Shown: positions 37,637 through 48,098 of the stretch, one piece after another
Numbering within the stretch: the first letter of the stretch is position 1
Layout: each line of letters starts with the position of its first letter
From: an uncultured Anaerolineales bacterium
Lineage (GTDB): Bacteria; Chloroflexota; Anaerolineae; Anaerolineales; UBA11858
Direction of reading: 5' to 3'
Assembly: GCA_964627755.1 (NCBI GenBank)
Contig: CAZVIH010000064.1
Location: 29,383-93,382 of the forward strand
Length of the DNA stretch: 64,000 nucleotides
Translations under genes and position numbers: made by a program
The notes under the pieces: generated by a model
The model's database searches: none
What the model was told of the DNA's origin: nothing
The model's input: the letters and a program-made list of their open reading frames with translations, nothing else

Positions 37637-39646
37637 GTGAGTGGGACCAATAACCTAAAAAATATTTCTATTAATACAATACGGTTTCTGGCGGCTGACG
37701 CAATCGAAAAAGCCAACTCTGGACATCCAGGATTACCGATGGGAACTGCTGCCCTGGCGTATGTGCTCTGGATGGAACATCTCAAACATAATCCTCGAAA
37801 TCCTGCTTGGCCTAATCGAGACAGGTTTATTTTATCTGGTGGGCACGGCTCAATGTTACTGTACTCCCTGCTGCATTTAACAGGCTATGATCTTTCACTG
37901 GAAGAAATCAAAAATTTCCGCCAATGGAATAGTCTTACTCCCGGCCATCCCGAATACGGGCTGACTCCTGGTGTAGAAACCACAACCGGCCCTTTAGGCC
38001 AGGGATTTGCAAACGGAGTTGGATTTGCAATTGCAGAAGCTCACCTGGCGGCGGTTTATAACAAACCGGATTTTCCGATCATTGATCATTTTGTATTTGC
38101 CCTGGTGACAGATGGCGATCTCATGGAGGGAGTAAGTTCTGAAGCTGCTTCCCTGGCTGGACATTTGAAGTTAGGAAAATTGATTTACTTATATGATGAC
38201 AACCGGATAACTATCGATGGATCAACAGAGATTGCGTTTACGGAGGATAGGGGAGCGCGATTCGAAGCTTATGGATGGCAGGTTGTGTATGTAGCTGATG
38301 GCAATGATACCGATGAAGTAAACAAGGCAATCGTTTTAGCTAAGGCTGATCCTCGTCCTTCATTGATCATTTGCCGGACACATATCGGTTTTGGTATGCC
38401 TAACAAACAGGATAAGTCAGCAGCGCATGGTTCACCTCCCGGGGAGGAAGAATTAAATGCGGCCAAGGAAAATCTAGGTTGGCAAGTTGAACCAAGATTC
38501 TTTATCCCTGAAGAGGTTAGGGAACACTTCCTTTCAGCGGTACCTGCAGGTGCCGCAGCTGAGGATTCTTGGGATAAGATGTTCAGCCGCTATGAAAAGA
38601 TTTACCCGGATGAGGCTTTAACATTAAAACGCATCCTTAGGGGAGAATTACCTGATAAATGGCAGATACCAGCTTTCCCAGAAGATCCAAAAGGGATGGC
38701 TACCAGGGTCGCGTCTGGAAAAGTGATCAATGCCCTGGCTGAAAAGATCCCGGAGCTCATGGGAGGATCTGCTGATCTGGAGCCGTCGAACAAGACCTGG
38801 ATTGATGGTTCACCTGCTTTCCAGAAAGAAGATTATACCGGCAGGAATTTCCATTTTGGTGTGCGGGAAAACGCGATGGGATCGATTGTAAATGGAATGG
38901 CCCTTCATGGGGGGGTGATACCCTATGGAGCCACTTTTCTGGTGTTCTCCGATTATATGAGGCCGGCAATCAGGATTTCTGCCTTATCCCATATCCCGAG
39001 CATCTGGGTTTTCACCCATGACAGCATTGGAGTTGGCGAGGACGGCCCGACCCACCAACCAGTAGAGCATCTAGCGGCATTAAGAGCCATACCGCAGTTG
39101 ATTGTCCTGCGACCTTCGGACGCAAATGAAACTGCTCAAGCCTGGGCTTATGCGATCCAGCACAGAAATGGTCCCACAGCACTGGCATTGACCAGGCAAT
39201 CCCTGCCGGTCCTGAACCGCGATATTTACAGCAGCGCGGAAGGTCTAAAACTGGGGGCTTATATTCTGGCAGATTTAGGTGATTTAGAGCCGGAGGTAAT
39301 TTTAATGGCTTCTGGATCGGAAGTCGATCTAATCGTAAAAGCGGGAGAGAGATTGGCAGCTGAAGGAGTCAACTTGCGTCTGGTTTCTTTCCCAAGTTGG
39401 GAGTTATTCAGGGAGCAAGATCAAACGTATCGAGATCAGGTATTGCCACCAGGGATCCGAAAGAGATTAGCTGTTGAAGCCGGCATTTCCCAGGGGTGGA
39501 GAGAATGGGTCGGGGACAATGGCAAGATCCTGGCAGTTGACCGGTATGGCGCTTCTGCCCCAGCTGCTAAAATATTCCAGGAATTCGGGTTTACAGTTGA
39601 TAACGTAATAAAATTGACTGAAAATCTGCTGAGGAGTGTGAAATAA
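37637..39646 (+). CDS. tkt: Transketolase
   Basis: [28 protein letters not shown]. Confidence 0.97.
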   Translation: MSGTNNLKNISINTIRFLAADAIEKANSGHPGLPMGTAALAYVLWMEHLKHNPRNPAWPNRDRFILSGGHGSMLLYSLLHLTGYDLSLEEIKNFRQWNSLTPGHPEYGLTPGVETTTGPLGQGFANGVGFAIAEAHLAAVYNKPDFPIIDHFVFALVTDGDLMEGVSSEAASLAGHLKLGKLIYLYDDNRITIDGSTEIAFTEDRGARFEAYGWQVVYVADGNDTDEVNKAIVLAKADPRPSLIICRTHIGFGMPNKQDKSAAHGSPPGEEELNAAKENLGWQVEPRFFIPEEVREHFLSAVPAGAAAEDSWDKMFSRYEKIYPDEALTLKRILRGELPDKWQIPAFPEDPKGMATRVASGKVINALAEKIPELMGGSADLEPSNKTWIDGSPAFQKEDYTGRNFHFGVRENAMGSIVNGMALHGGVIPYGATFLVFSDYMRPAIRISALSHIPSIWVFTHDSIGVGEDGPTHQPVEHLAALRAIPQLIVLRPSDANETAQAWAYAIQHRNGPTALALTRQSLPVLNRDIYSSAEGLKLGAYILADLGDLEPEVILMASGSEVDLIVKAGERLAAEGVNLRLVSFPSWELFREQDQTYRDQVLPPGIRKRLAVEAGISQGWREWVGDNGKILAVDRYGASAPAAKIFQEFGFTVDNVIKLTENLLRSVK

Positions 39647-40110
39647 TGCGTATAGCCATTAGCGCTGACCATGGTGGATTTGACTTAAAAACGGAGCTGA
39701 TTGATTACATCCGGGGTTTAGGATATGATCTGGTCGATTATGGTACTGACTCCGGGGAGAGTGTTGATTATCCAGATTTCGCGCAAAAAGTGGGCAAAGC
39801 CATTCAATCCCGGGAAGCTGATCGAGGAATTGTTATTTGCGGTTCTGGTGTTGGGGCCTGTATCTCTGCCAATAAAATGAAAGGAATATACGCTGCAACC
39901 TGTCACGATACCTACAGCGCCGGACAGGGAGTGGAACATGACAATATGAACGTCCTGTGTTTGGGTGGACGAGTTATTGGTGTCGAACTTGGCAAATCCT
40001 TGGTAAAAGCCTTCCTGGATGCTAAATACATCGGCCTTGAAGCTGGAAATGAGAGGTATCTAAGAAGAGTAACCAAGATCAAAAAAATCGAAGAAGAGGA
40101 AATGAATTGA
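39646..40110 (+). CDS. rpiB: Ribose-5-phosphate isomerase B
   Basis: ADHGG, DYPD, CGSGVG, HDNMNVLCLGGR. Confidence 0.96.
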   Translation: MRIAISADHGGFDLKTELIDYIRGLGYDLVDYGTDSGESVDYPDFAQKVGKAIQSREADRGIVICGSGVGACISANKMKGIYAATCHDTYSAGQGVEHDNMNVLCLGGRVIGVELGKSLVKAFLDAKYIGLEAGNERYLRRVTKIKKIEEEEMN

Positions 40111-41243
40111 TGACGAATATTATCCGAGAGTTGGAAAAGAATGGACAATCCATCTGGTATGACAATATTGAAAGAAAACTACTGGAAGATGGAACCTTAG
40201 CGGGAATGGTCGAGAGAGGCGAGATAAGGGGCATAACATCAAACCCGAGTATTTTTAACAATGCCATAAGTAATTCCAACGAGTATGACCAGGAAATCGA
40301 ATCCTTGACTAAACAAGGTTTATCCCGGGAGGAGGTTTATGAGCAGCTGGCTATTCGCGACATACAGAATGCAGCTGATTTGTTTCTACCCCTTTACAAG
40401 GACACACATAAAGGGGATGGTTATGTCAGTCTGGAAGTCAGCCCGTTTCTGGCACATGAAACCGAAAAAACAATCTTAGATGCGAAAAAACTATGGAAGA
40501 TGGTAAATCGCCCGAATTTGATGGTGAAAATTCCAGGGACCCTGGAAGGTTTGCCAGCAATAACAGAAGCGATCGCTGCAGGAATTAACGTAAATGTCAC
40601 CTTGATCTTCAGCATCAGGCGTTATCGGGCCATTATGGAGGCTTATCTGGCTGGATTGGAAAAACGGGTCCAGGAAGGAAAGGAAATTGGGGGAATTGCA
40701 TCAGTCGCCTCATTCTTCATCTCCAGGATCGATACCAAGGTGGACAGTCAATTGGCTGATATTCTGTCAAAAACCCCCGCTGGAGAACAGGGTGATCTGA
40801 AGAACCTTTTAGGCAAAGCTGCCCTGGCAAGCGGAAAACTGGCATTTGAGGCATATGAAGGAGTATTTGGCGAAAGAGCCAGCCGTTTTGCTGATTTGGT
40901 GCAAGCTGGTGCAAAAAAGCAGCGGGCGCTGTGGGCATCAACCAGTACAAAAAACCCCCAATATCCGGATACGATGTATGTTAACGAATTAATTGGACCG
41001 GACACCGTCAACACTGTTCCACCTAAAACACTGGCCGCTTTTTTTGATCATGGCATAGTGGAACGATCTATTGACCGCAATGTTGATGAAGCCAGACAAG
41101 TATTTAAAGATCTTGCAAAAGCTGGTATTGATATGCAACAGGTCACTGACGATCTGGAATCCGAAGGTGTAAAAGCGTTTGCAGTTGCATTTAACTCTCT
41201 TCTGGAATCACTCCAGACTCGGATGTTGGATTTCCAATCTTGA
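40110..41243 (+). CDS. tal: Transaldolase
   Basis: GITSNPSIF, VSLEVSP, MVKIPGT, NVTLIFS, LWASTSTK. Confidence 0.96.
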   Translation: MTNIIRELEKNGQSIWYDNIERKLLEDGTLAGMVERGEIRGITSNPSIFNNAISNSNEYDQEIESLTKQGLSREEVYEQLAIRDIQNAADLFLPLYKDTHKGDGYVSLEVSPFLAHETEKTILDAKKLWKMVNRPNLMVKIPGTLEGLPAITEAIAAGINVNVTLIFSIRRYRAIMEAYLAGLEKRVQEGKEIGGIASVASFFISRIDTKVDSQLADILSKTPAGEQGDLKNLLGKAALASGKLAFEAYEGVFGERASRFADLVQAGAKKQRALWASTSTKNPQYPDTMYVNELIGPDTVNTVPPKTLAAFFDHGIVERSIDRNVDEARQVFKDLAKAGIDMQQVTDDLESEGVKAFAVAFNSLLESLQTRMLDFQS

Positions 41244-41290
41244 TCTGATGAGAAGACTTAAAGTGCCTCTTCCAGGGCTTTGTTTCCAGT

Positions 41291-41929
41291 ATGAATAATT
41301 ACCAGCAAGAGTTAGATTTTAATATGGGTCAGGATCTGTGGGATACTGCAGAAGGTTTGTTATCTCCTGATCCAAATATTAGAGAAAGTTCGCTCGATCG
41401 ATTGAATGAGATCGATGGGTATTCTAGGTCTCCTTTGATTGCTTACCTGCTTGTTTCCCGAACCTCCGAGCCGGACCTGGAAATCCGGTTCCATCTAATA
41501 AAACTGCTTGGAACCCTGGTGGATTATGATTCCCCAGGCCAGCATTTTACCGATCAGGCCTTGGTATTTGCCCAGGAAGCCCTTGATCAAATCGATAAAC
41601 CCCGGTTAATTAAAATCATGGAGGTTTCAGATAATTATTTGACTGCAGAGAGGGCAATCAGCCATATTCTGAAACTCAGTTCCTATGCAGGGGTTGGGTT
41701 GAGTGGTATAGTGAACGACTGGAAATTACCGGTTTCACTGCGCCAGCAGGCAATATTTTATTGTGGAGAGGTTGGCTTTTTAAGTTCAAGACCTACTTTG
41801 CAGAACTTGATTCAGAAGGTTGAAAAGTTTAGAAACAGGACTGGAGCAGCCGGTGAGAGAAAAAAAAGCCGGGATGAGGAGTATTTATATCCATATGTGA
41901 TTTCGGCATTGGAAAAGTTAAACTCCTAA
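41291..41929 (+). CDS. Hypothetical protein, HEAT-repeat-like helical
   Basis: 212-aa ORF; SPDPNIRESSL, EPDLEIR and LRQQAIFYCGE resemble HEAT units. Confidence 0.6.
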   Translation: MNNYQQELDFNMGQDLWDTAEGLLSPDPNIRESSLDRLNEIDGYSRSPLIAYLLVSRTSEPDLEIRFHLIKLLGTLVDYDSPGQHFTDQALVFAQEALDQIDKPRLIKIMEVSDNYLTAERAISHILKLSSYAGVGLSGIVNDWKLPVSLRQQAIFYCGEVGFLSSRPTLQNLIQKVEKFRNRTGAAGERKKSRDEEYLYPYVISALEKLNS

Positions 41930-41952
41930 TTTCCAGCTTGAAGGATCCAGCC

Positions 41953-42576
41953 ATGGTAAAAAAATTTTCATTTATCATTTCTATTGTATTTATAGTACTG
42001 GCGTTGGTTCTATTTTTTGAAGGAACAAATTTGGTGCTGGCTTCTGAGTCATTTCAGCAGCCCACAGTATCCATAGCGACGGTGACCGGTACTCCCAGAG
42101 GGCCAATCGCTATTGTTTATTCCGATCCTGAAGATCAGATCAATGTTCGATCTGGACCGGATGTTTTTTATCCAAAAGTGGGAGTTTTAATCAACCGCCA
42201 GGAAGTTCCTGCTCTGGCGAAAACAGAAGGTGGAACCTGGGTCAAGATTGCCTATCCAGGTGTTGCAGAGGGAGTCGCCTGGGTTTATGCGCCTTACGTT
42301 CGCGTAACCGGCGAACTTCCGGTTGTTCCTAAGCCGCCAACACCAACTCCTGAAACAACACCAACAATCGATCCTACGCTGGCTTCTCAATTTATTTCTG
42401 AGATACCACCTACCAGGAAACCTACCTATACACCTCCTCCTCCCCTGGTAATTCCTACTTATGAGAGTGCCCCCATCACCAGTGGAACCGGGGGTCTGCC
42501 GAGCGGCTTTATTATCCTGGGACTTGTATCCGTTGGTATTTTTGGATTGATCGTGTCGTTTTTAAGACGATCCTGA
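41953..42576 (+). CDS. SH3b-domain membrane-anchored surface protein
   Basis: Signal/TM segment, INVRSGP...WVKI...WV SH3b pattern, PT-rich linker, C-terminal TM. Confidence 0.8.
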   Translation: MVKKFSFIISIVFIVLALVLFFEGTNLVLASESFQQPTVSIATVTGTPRGPIAIVYSDPEDQINVRSGPDVFYPKVGVLINRQEVPALAKTEGGTWVKIAYPGVAEGVAWVYAPYVRVTGELPVVPKPPTPTPETTPTIDPTLASQFISEIPPTRKPTYTPPPPLVIPTYESAPITSGTGGLPSGFIILGLVSVGIFGLIVSFLRRS

Positions 42577-42597
42577 TAGAGAAATAGGTAAAAAAAA

Positions 42598-42629
42598 AAG
42601 ACCAGGCAGAGTATAAAATGCCTGGTCTT
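42598..42629. terminator. Bidirectional intrinsic terminator
   Basis: AAGACCAGGCA/TGCCTGGTCTT stem flanked by A and T runs. Confidence 0.8.
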
Positions 42630-42653
42630 GTTTTTTAAGGTTAGTGCTACTTA

Positions 42654-43007
42654 CTAGCCACAGCCCGTGGAGGGATCACAACCTGCGCAGCCAGAAGGAG
42701 CTGGGCTGGGTGCGTGTTGTTCTATTTGGAAACCACTTTGTCCATTTTCTTCTACAAATTTGATGGTTGCTTTTTGCAGATATGCTAGGGTTTGGTCGTC
42801 TACGACGACCTTGACGCCATGATTGGAATAAACCTGGTCGCTATCGCTGACCTTGTCATCCAATGACATGCCGTACTGGGGCCCCCCTCAACCAACCCCA
42901 GCGATAAATATTCGCAGGGATTGCCCTTGAAGGTTTTGTTCCTTCATCAATGTTTTTATAGCAATGGCTGCTTCCGGTGTCAAAATGATATTATCTGTGT
43001 TTTCCAT
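42654..43007 (-). CDS. HesB/IscA-like Fe-S assembly accessory protein containing selenocysteine (UGA at 42890-42888)
   Basis: Two in-frame ORF halves: MENTDNIILTPEAA...LRIFIAGVG-UGA-GGPQYGMSLD...GCAGCDPSTGCG. The UGA sits at the conserved Cys position of the A-type carrier GGCxG motif. Confidence 0.85.
42854..42868 (-). promoter_or_regulatory. Putative bacterial SECIS hairpin
   Basis: UGUCAU-UGG-AUGACA begins 19 nt after the UGA and has a G-containing apical loop. Confidence 0.55.
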
Positions 43008-43244
43008 AGTTTTCCCATAATTTGAAAAGAATAAATTGATTTTCTGAATTGTAGCAGGAATGGGGAAGGTGTCAACTGCTGTTGAGGGGTTAGACACAAT
43101 TTCTTAGAAAAAAGTGATATTCTTCCAGTTTATTCATTATTATTTGATTAGATCTTTGTAAGAAGAGCAATGGCAGTGATATCAGAGCAGGGGGATTGTT
43201 GTTATAATCGATCCTGAGTTTTGTCCTTACCGGGAGTGAATTTT

Positions 43245-44087
43245 TTGAAAAAAACCTTATTAGCAGTATTGGCCCATCCAGATGACGAATCATTTGGTAT
43301 GGGTGGGACGCTGGCTAAATACGCAGCCAGTGGAGTTGTTGTGCATTTAATCTGCGCAACCAGGGGTGAGGCCGGTGAAGTGGATCAGGAATACCTGGAA
43401 GGTTATTCATCGATTGCCGATCTCAGGGTACATGAATTAAACTGTGCGGTTAAAGAATTGGGTATTGAACCCGTCCATATGCTGGATTACAGGGACTCCG
43501 GTATGACTGGGTCTGACGATAATCAACATCCCGGAGCATTGATCAATGCACCGCTGGATCAGGTAGCCGGGGAGATCGCAGATTTTATACGCGAGATCAA
43601 ACCCCAGGTCGTGTTAACTTTCGATCCAATTGGCGGTTACAGGCATCCGGATCATATTTTTATTCACGAGGCAGCAACCAAAGCATTTACACTAGCTGGA
43701 GATTCTGCATATCCGGGAAAATACGCTCCATTTCAACCTGAAAGATTGTTTTATCATACCATCCCGCGTTATTTTATCCGCTTCAATGTCCGATTATTAA
43801 AGTTAATGGGTAAGGACCCCAGTAAATACGGAAAAAATCAAGATATCGATCTAACCCAGATGGCAGTGGATGAGTTTCCCGTTCATGCCCGGATTAGATA
43901 TGATGACTTCAAAGATAAAAAAGCAGCCGCTGCTGCCTGCCATGCCAGCCAGGGAGGCCATGGATTAACCCGGGGGTTGATCCGCTGGCTTAGCTGGTTG
44001 TTAGGAGCTAGAACTGAAGATCAGTTTATGCAAGCCATTCCAGAGCCAGATTTTGGAGGCAGAATCCTTACTGATCTTTTTGAATGA
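43245..44087 (+). CDS. PIG-L family N-acetylglucosaminyl deacetylase (MshB/BshB-like)
   Basis: AHPDDE, TRGEAGE, YRDSGM, GYRHPDH, HASQ; TTG start after GGGAG; TGtTATAAT at 43200-43208. Confidence 0.9.
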   Translation: MKKTLLAVLAHPDDESFGMGGTLAKYAASGVVVHLICATRGEAGEVDQEYLEGYSSIADLRVHELNCAVKELGIEPVHMLDYRDSGMTGSDDNQHPGALINAPLDQVAGEIADFIREIKPQVVLTFDPIGGYRHPDHIFIHEAATKAFTLAGDSAYPGKYAPFQPERLFYHTIPRYFIRFNVRLLKLMGKDPSKYGKNQDIDLTQMAVDEFPVHARIRYDDFKDKKAAAAACHASQGGHGLTRGLIRWLSWLLGARTEDQFMQAIPEPDFGGRILTDLFE

Positions 44088-44108
44088 CAATAATAATATT
44101 TAAAAGTT

Positions 44109-44136
44109 AAGAGCCCTCAAAAACTTGAGGGCTCTT
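44109..44136. terminator. Bidirectional intrinsic terminator
   Basis: AAGAGCCCTCAA-AAAC-TTGAGGGCTCTT followed by a T run. Confidence 0.8.
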
Positions 44137-44157
44137 TTTGATACTGAATTCTATTTG

Positions 44158-45303
44158 TTAAGGTAGATATGTAATGTTCAACAAGGGATCAGCCCATTCC
44201 ATCATACAAGCATATCCTGGTCCTCCGTCATCACCATCCAACCACATCCTGAATTGGAAATGACCGGCTCCGTTAGTATCGATAAAATCCTGCAAGATAT
44301 TCTTGATCGTTATAGGTGCAGAGATACCTAACGCAGAAGGTACATTAAAGAGCATTGCTGAAGGGGACTCATTAAAATCAGCTGGGTATTGGGGAATAGA
44401 ACCAAAATTTATCTGACCGGCCTTTAGTGGGTGTAAGAAATCGAAACACCCGTATCCGTCGTGGTCACTAACATCCAAAGTTGCTGCCTGAATTGTAGAA
44501 TTGGTATCTAATCCTGCCAAGGAACTTAGATCGAAATCCACGAAAGCCCTCATGGCATCTCCGTTGGGCGCAATACCTAATCGGGTGCCCGCGCTCCTTC
44601 CCCCAACACTCATGTAGTAAGAGTGACTGGATGTATGAATAGTGGTCGTAACTGGTGCAGGAGTGGCTGTTGGTACTATAACTTTAATTTCAACCCAGAA
44701 AAAACCGCTAGAACTGTTTTCGACCCCGAATATCACATCTGATGGATCCCGCAGTTTCCAGTTTCCCCGGTAGGTACCGGCTGAGGCAGGTGCTGTCATA
44801 TCTACAGACACATCAACATTCTGGCCGGGGTTTACTGTTCCGGAAGTGATCTGGACAGCGCTGGGTGCACCCATGGCATCGCCACCAGAAAATACAATAT
44901 CGTATCCTGAGGTCCAGGCGCAGGAACCAATATTCTTGATTCGCCAGGTCTTGGTAAAAGTATCCCCGGGTTCAAATTTGGTGCCATCAGGAATGTTGAC
45001 ATCAGTTACAAATTGACCCAGGTTGCAGGGGATCGGCGTGTTGGTGGGTGTGGGTGTATCCGCTTCTGGTGTGTTTGTGGCAGAAACCGGTATCTGTTCC
45101 GATGCGGGATCAGGAGTATCTGATACTGCAGGGTCTTCAGGCTGGAGAGTAGCTGTTGGGCCAGCTGCTACAGTTTCGGCCACAGACCTGTCAATGATCG
45201 CTGTTTGTTCAGCCGGAGAGATGGAATCAGTGGGCATGTTGCAGGCGCTGAGCATGATAACTGATAATAAAGTAACCAGTTGTACAAGAGTTTGTTTTTG
45301 CAT
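44158..45303 (-). CDS. Lipoprotein with NBR1-Ig-like (FW) domain and C-terminal beta-sandwich
   Basis: Lipobox LSAC; FVTDVNIPDGT.F.PG..FTKTWRIKN.G.C.W; start at MQKQT (45303). Confidence 0.8.
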   Translation of the reverse strand: MQKQTLVQLVTLLSVIMLSACNMPTDSISPAEQTAIIDRSVAETVAAGPTATLQPEDPAVSDTPDPASEQIPVSATNTPEADTPTPTNTPIPCNLGQFVTDVNIPDGTKFEPGDTFTKTWRIKNIGSCAWTSGYDIVFSGGDAMGAPSAVQITSGTVNPGQNVDVSVDMTAPASAGTYRGNWKLRDPSDVIFGVENSSSGFFWVEIKVIVPTATPAPVTTTIHTSSHSYYMSVGGRSAGTRLGIAPNGDAMRAFVDFDLSSLAGLDTNSTIQAATLDVSDHDGYGCFDFLHPLKAGQINFGSIPQYPADFNESPSAMLFNVPSALGISAPITIKNILQDFIDTNGAGHFQFRMWLDGDDGGPGYACMMEWADPLLNITYLP

Positions 45304-45374
45304 AATATTCCTCGTTGATTGGTGATTATTACTATGTGTAGTATAAACGAAGACTCGTGGGAAAATGTTACAGA

Positions 45375-46016
45375 TCAAGACCTTTCCGGTACCAGGTAAA
45401 TGCCAGGGATACTGATCAAGGTAGTTATACCTTTAATTATTATATTACTGAAGAAGATCGATAAAACCACTGAACCTGGCATAATTCCCCAGAATGCCAG
45501 GAAGCTGAAAACAAAGCTGTCAATTGGGATACTGATAGCATTACTGACCAGCACTCTAGCCCACTGGTATTTTTGGGTGACCTTTTCCACCCAGAAGCGA
45601 TAACCTTCTGTATCGACTAATTCTCCTATGACTTCCGCGATAATTGATGCGCCAACAATGCGCCAGACAGGTGCGAGCACCATGGCAAATTCAGATTGCG
45701 GACCCACGGTCAAGTCAGGAGGTAAGAACGACACGATCTTGAAAAATAAAGCCATCACCAGATTGATGCCGGCGGCTGCCAGGATCAACAGGCGGGCGAT
45801 TTTAATGCCGGCAACTTTATGAACCATGTCCCGTAATGTAAAGGTCAGGGGATAGATAAAAGTTCCAGCATCAATGGAAAAACCTGCGACCAGCACGATA
45901 CGTAGACTGCCAATATCAGCCATCATCTGGGCAGCTACATAAAAGACAGCAACCAGGATAGTGGCTGAGAGCAGCTTGTTTTTCGTCTCTTGATTTGGAT
46001 TTATTGTGGTAGTCAT
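45375..46016 (-). CDS. Queuosine precursor transporter (VUT/YhhQ family)
   Basis: AGTFIYPLTFTLRD, RIVGASIIAE, RVLVSNAISIPIDS. Confidence 0.85.
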   Translation of the reverse strand: MTTTINPNQETKNKLLSATILVAVFYVAAQMMADIGSLRIVLVAGFSIDAGTFIYPLTFTLRDMVHKVAGIKIARLLILAAAGINLVMALFFKIVSFLPPDLTVGPQSEFAMVLAPVWRIVGASIIAEVIGELVDTEGYRFWVEKVTQKYQWARVLVSNAISIPIDSFVFSFLAFWGIMPGSVVLSIFFSNIIIKGITTLISIPGIYLVPERS

Positions 46017-46477
46017 GAAATCGAATTTTGAATTTCTTCTAACCTTTTCTCGATCTCCAATGCTTCTTTCATATGAAATCCAATGGTTTCCAGTTCCTCG
46101 CGAGTTGGCAGTTCTGCATACCTGGGACTGAAAGTGAAGCCAAAACCATCTCCTTCAAATCGTGGAATGATGTGGAGGTGAAAATGGAGCACATCCTGCA
46201 TTGCGGCCTTCCCGTCCGCCAGGAAGAAATTTACACCTTCACACTGCACACTGCTTCGTCGTAGAGCTGCAGCCAATTTCTGCCCAACTGCAAAAATATG
46301 TTTTCCTGTATCCGGGGGCAAACTGGCAAGATCTGGAATATGCCGATTGGGAATCACCAACATATGGCCAGGATTGATAGGGTGGATATCCATGATGGCG
46401 GTGCAGATCTCATCCTGGTAGACAACCGTCCCCTCCAATTTTCCGGACAAGATATTGCAATAAGGGCATTTATCCAC
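46013..46477 (-). CDS. HIT family nucleotide hydrolase
   Basis: CPYC, GHMLVIP, HFHLHIIPR. Confidence 0.93.
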   Translation of the reverse strand: MDKCPYCNILSGKLEGTVVYQDEICTAIMDIHPINPGHMLVIPNRHIPDLASLPPDTGKHIFAVGQKLAAALRRSSVQCEGVNFFLADGKAAMQDVLHFHLHIIPRFEGDGFGFTFSPRYAELPTREELETIGFHMKEALEIEKRLEEIQNSIS

Positions 46478-46498
46478 AGGATCCTCCCATAGAAAGAA

Positions 46499-48067
46499 TC
46501 AGGACTGAATATTATCCTGATCAATAGCGCTTCTAACATCATTCAATAGTTGATTGTTTATGATCATTTCCCTGACCTGATCGATCTCCGGACCCCACAG
46601 TGTATCTCCTGGCTGATAAGGGACAACTTTACGGATCGATTGATGGGCAGCTTTCGTGCCCACTCCGGGGCTTTTATTTGATTCATCTCGAAGGCGCAGA
46701 TCGAGTGCTCTGGCAGCGGTATATAGTTCAATAGCCAGAACCTGCCTGGTGTTTTTTATTATCTGGTAGGCATGCCGGGCAGCAGTCATAGCATTGGCAT
46801 TATGGTCTTCCTGGGCCGCAGAGGTAGGTAGAGAATTGACAGAATCCGGTGTTGACAGGGACCGGTTTTCCAGGACGAGGGATGCGGCTGTGTACTGGGG
46901 CATCATCATGCCCGAATTAAGTCCTTCTTCCTGGTGGTTATCCACCAGCATGGCTGGTAGGTTTTCGTTCAGCCGCCCATTCGTTAATCGGTAGACTCTC
47001 CGCTCGGAGATACCGGCAATTTCCGTCATCGCGATGCCTAAGTAGTCCATCACCATACCGACAGGTTCACCGTGGAAGTTACCGCCTGATATAGCTTCAC
47101 CTTCGGCAAATATTAAGGGGTTATCAGTGGCTGCGTTGATTTCTCGGCTGATGACATTCCTCGTAAATTCCAGAGTTTCCTTGGCGGGACCATGAACCTG
47201 GGGACTGCAGCGTAAGGAGTATGCATCCTGGACCCTATTTGTAGAATCTAGCAGGGTACTTTCCTTTGTCAATCGGAGGATCATCTCGGCTGTTGAGATT
47301 TGACCTGGATGCTGGCGAGATTGGTGGATGCGTGGGTCAAAGGCAGCTGAGGTTCCAAGTAAAGCTTCGAGGCTCAATGCCAGGGCGATATCCGAGATTT
47401 CCAGCAGAGTTTCAGCTTCAAAACATGCCAGGGCAGCGATGGCAGCTGAAAAGGTAGCGCCATTATTTAAGGCAATGCCTTCTTTGGCTTCCAGGATGAT
47501 TCTTGGAATGCCTGCTTGCCTCATGGCTTGTTTTCCTGTCAGGACAGATCCCTGGTATTCCGCGGAGCCTGAAAAATCCTCCAGGTCCTGGTCATCTTTG
47601 CACAAGACCAGACCTAAATGGGACAGGGGTGCCAGATCTCCTGATGAACCCAGCGATCCCTGGGAGGGAATTACAGGATGGACACCTTTATTGAGCATTT
47701 CAAGCAGGGTTTCAATCAGGATCAGCCGAACTCCAGAAAATCCTTTGGCAAGGGTATTGGCTCTGATCAACAGCGCAGCCCGGACTACTGCAGAGGGGAG
47801 AGGGTCTCCTGTTCCAACAGCATGACTCAGGATCAGGTTGCGGTTAAGCAAACGGATTTCATCGCTGGATATTTGTTTATCGGCAAAAATCCCATATCCG
47901 GTGTTGATTCCGTAGACAGGTTCATTCTGGGAGATGATCTGCTCAACCCATTGACGTGACTCCCGGATCTTTTGAATAACCTTGGGAGATAAAATTACTT
48001 TCTCCTGATCGACGGCAGCTTTTTGAATTTCGTTTATAGTGAGCGAGTTTCCATCGATTTGGATCAT
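46499..48067 (-). CDS. hutH: Histidine ammonia-lyase
   Basis: YGINTGYG, LILSHAVG (His-type specificity), GSLGSSGDLAPL (MIO), QDAYSLRC, GGNFHG, QEDH. Confidence 0.88.
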   Translation of the reverse strand: MIQIDGNSLTINEIQKAAVDQEKVILSPKVIQKIRESRQWVEQIISQNEPVYGINTGYGIFADKQISSDEIRLLNRNLILSHAVGTGDPLPSAVVRAALLIRANTLAKGFSGVRLILIETLLEMLNKGVHPVIPSQGSLGSSGDLAPLSHLGLVLCKDDQDLEDFSGSAEYQGSVLTGKQAMRQAGIPRIILEAKEGIALNNGATFSAAIAALACFEAETLLEISDIALALSLEALLGTSAAFDPRIHQSRQHPGQISTAEMILRLTKESTLLDSTNRVQDAYSLRCSPQVHGPAKETLEFTRNVISREINAATDNPLIFAEGEAISGGNFHGEPVGMVMDYLGIAMTEIAGISERRVYRLTNGRLNENLPAMLVDNHQEEGLNSGMMMPQYTAASLVLENRSLSTPDSVNSLPTSAAQEDHNANAMTAARHAYQIIKNTRQVLAIELYTAARALDLRLRDESNKSPGVGTKAAHQSIRKVVPYQPGDTLWGPEIDQVREMIINNQLLNDVRSAIDQDNIQS

Positions 48068-48098
48068 AGTGTTCGACCTTTCATGCTCAAGGATTTTT

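Noticed and set aside
42654-43097. Two short ORFs or a pseudogene of iscA
   Set aside because: The single stop is TGA at the catalytic Cys position, the frame is preserved and a hairpin follows, so selenocysteine recoding explains it better.
46013-46100. preQ1 riboswitch upstream of the queuosine-precursor transporter
   Set aside because: The upstream region is the HIT coding sequence, and no preQ1 motif is visible.
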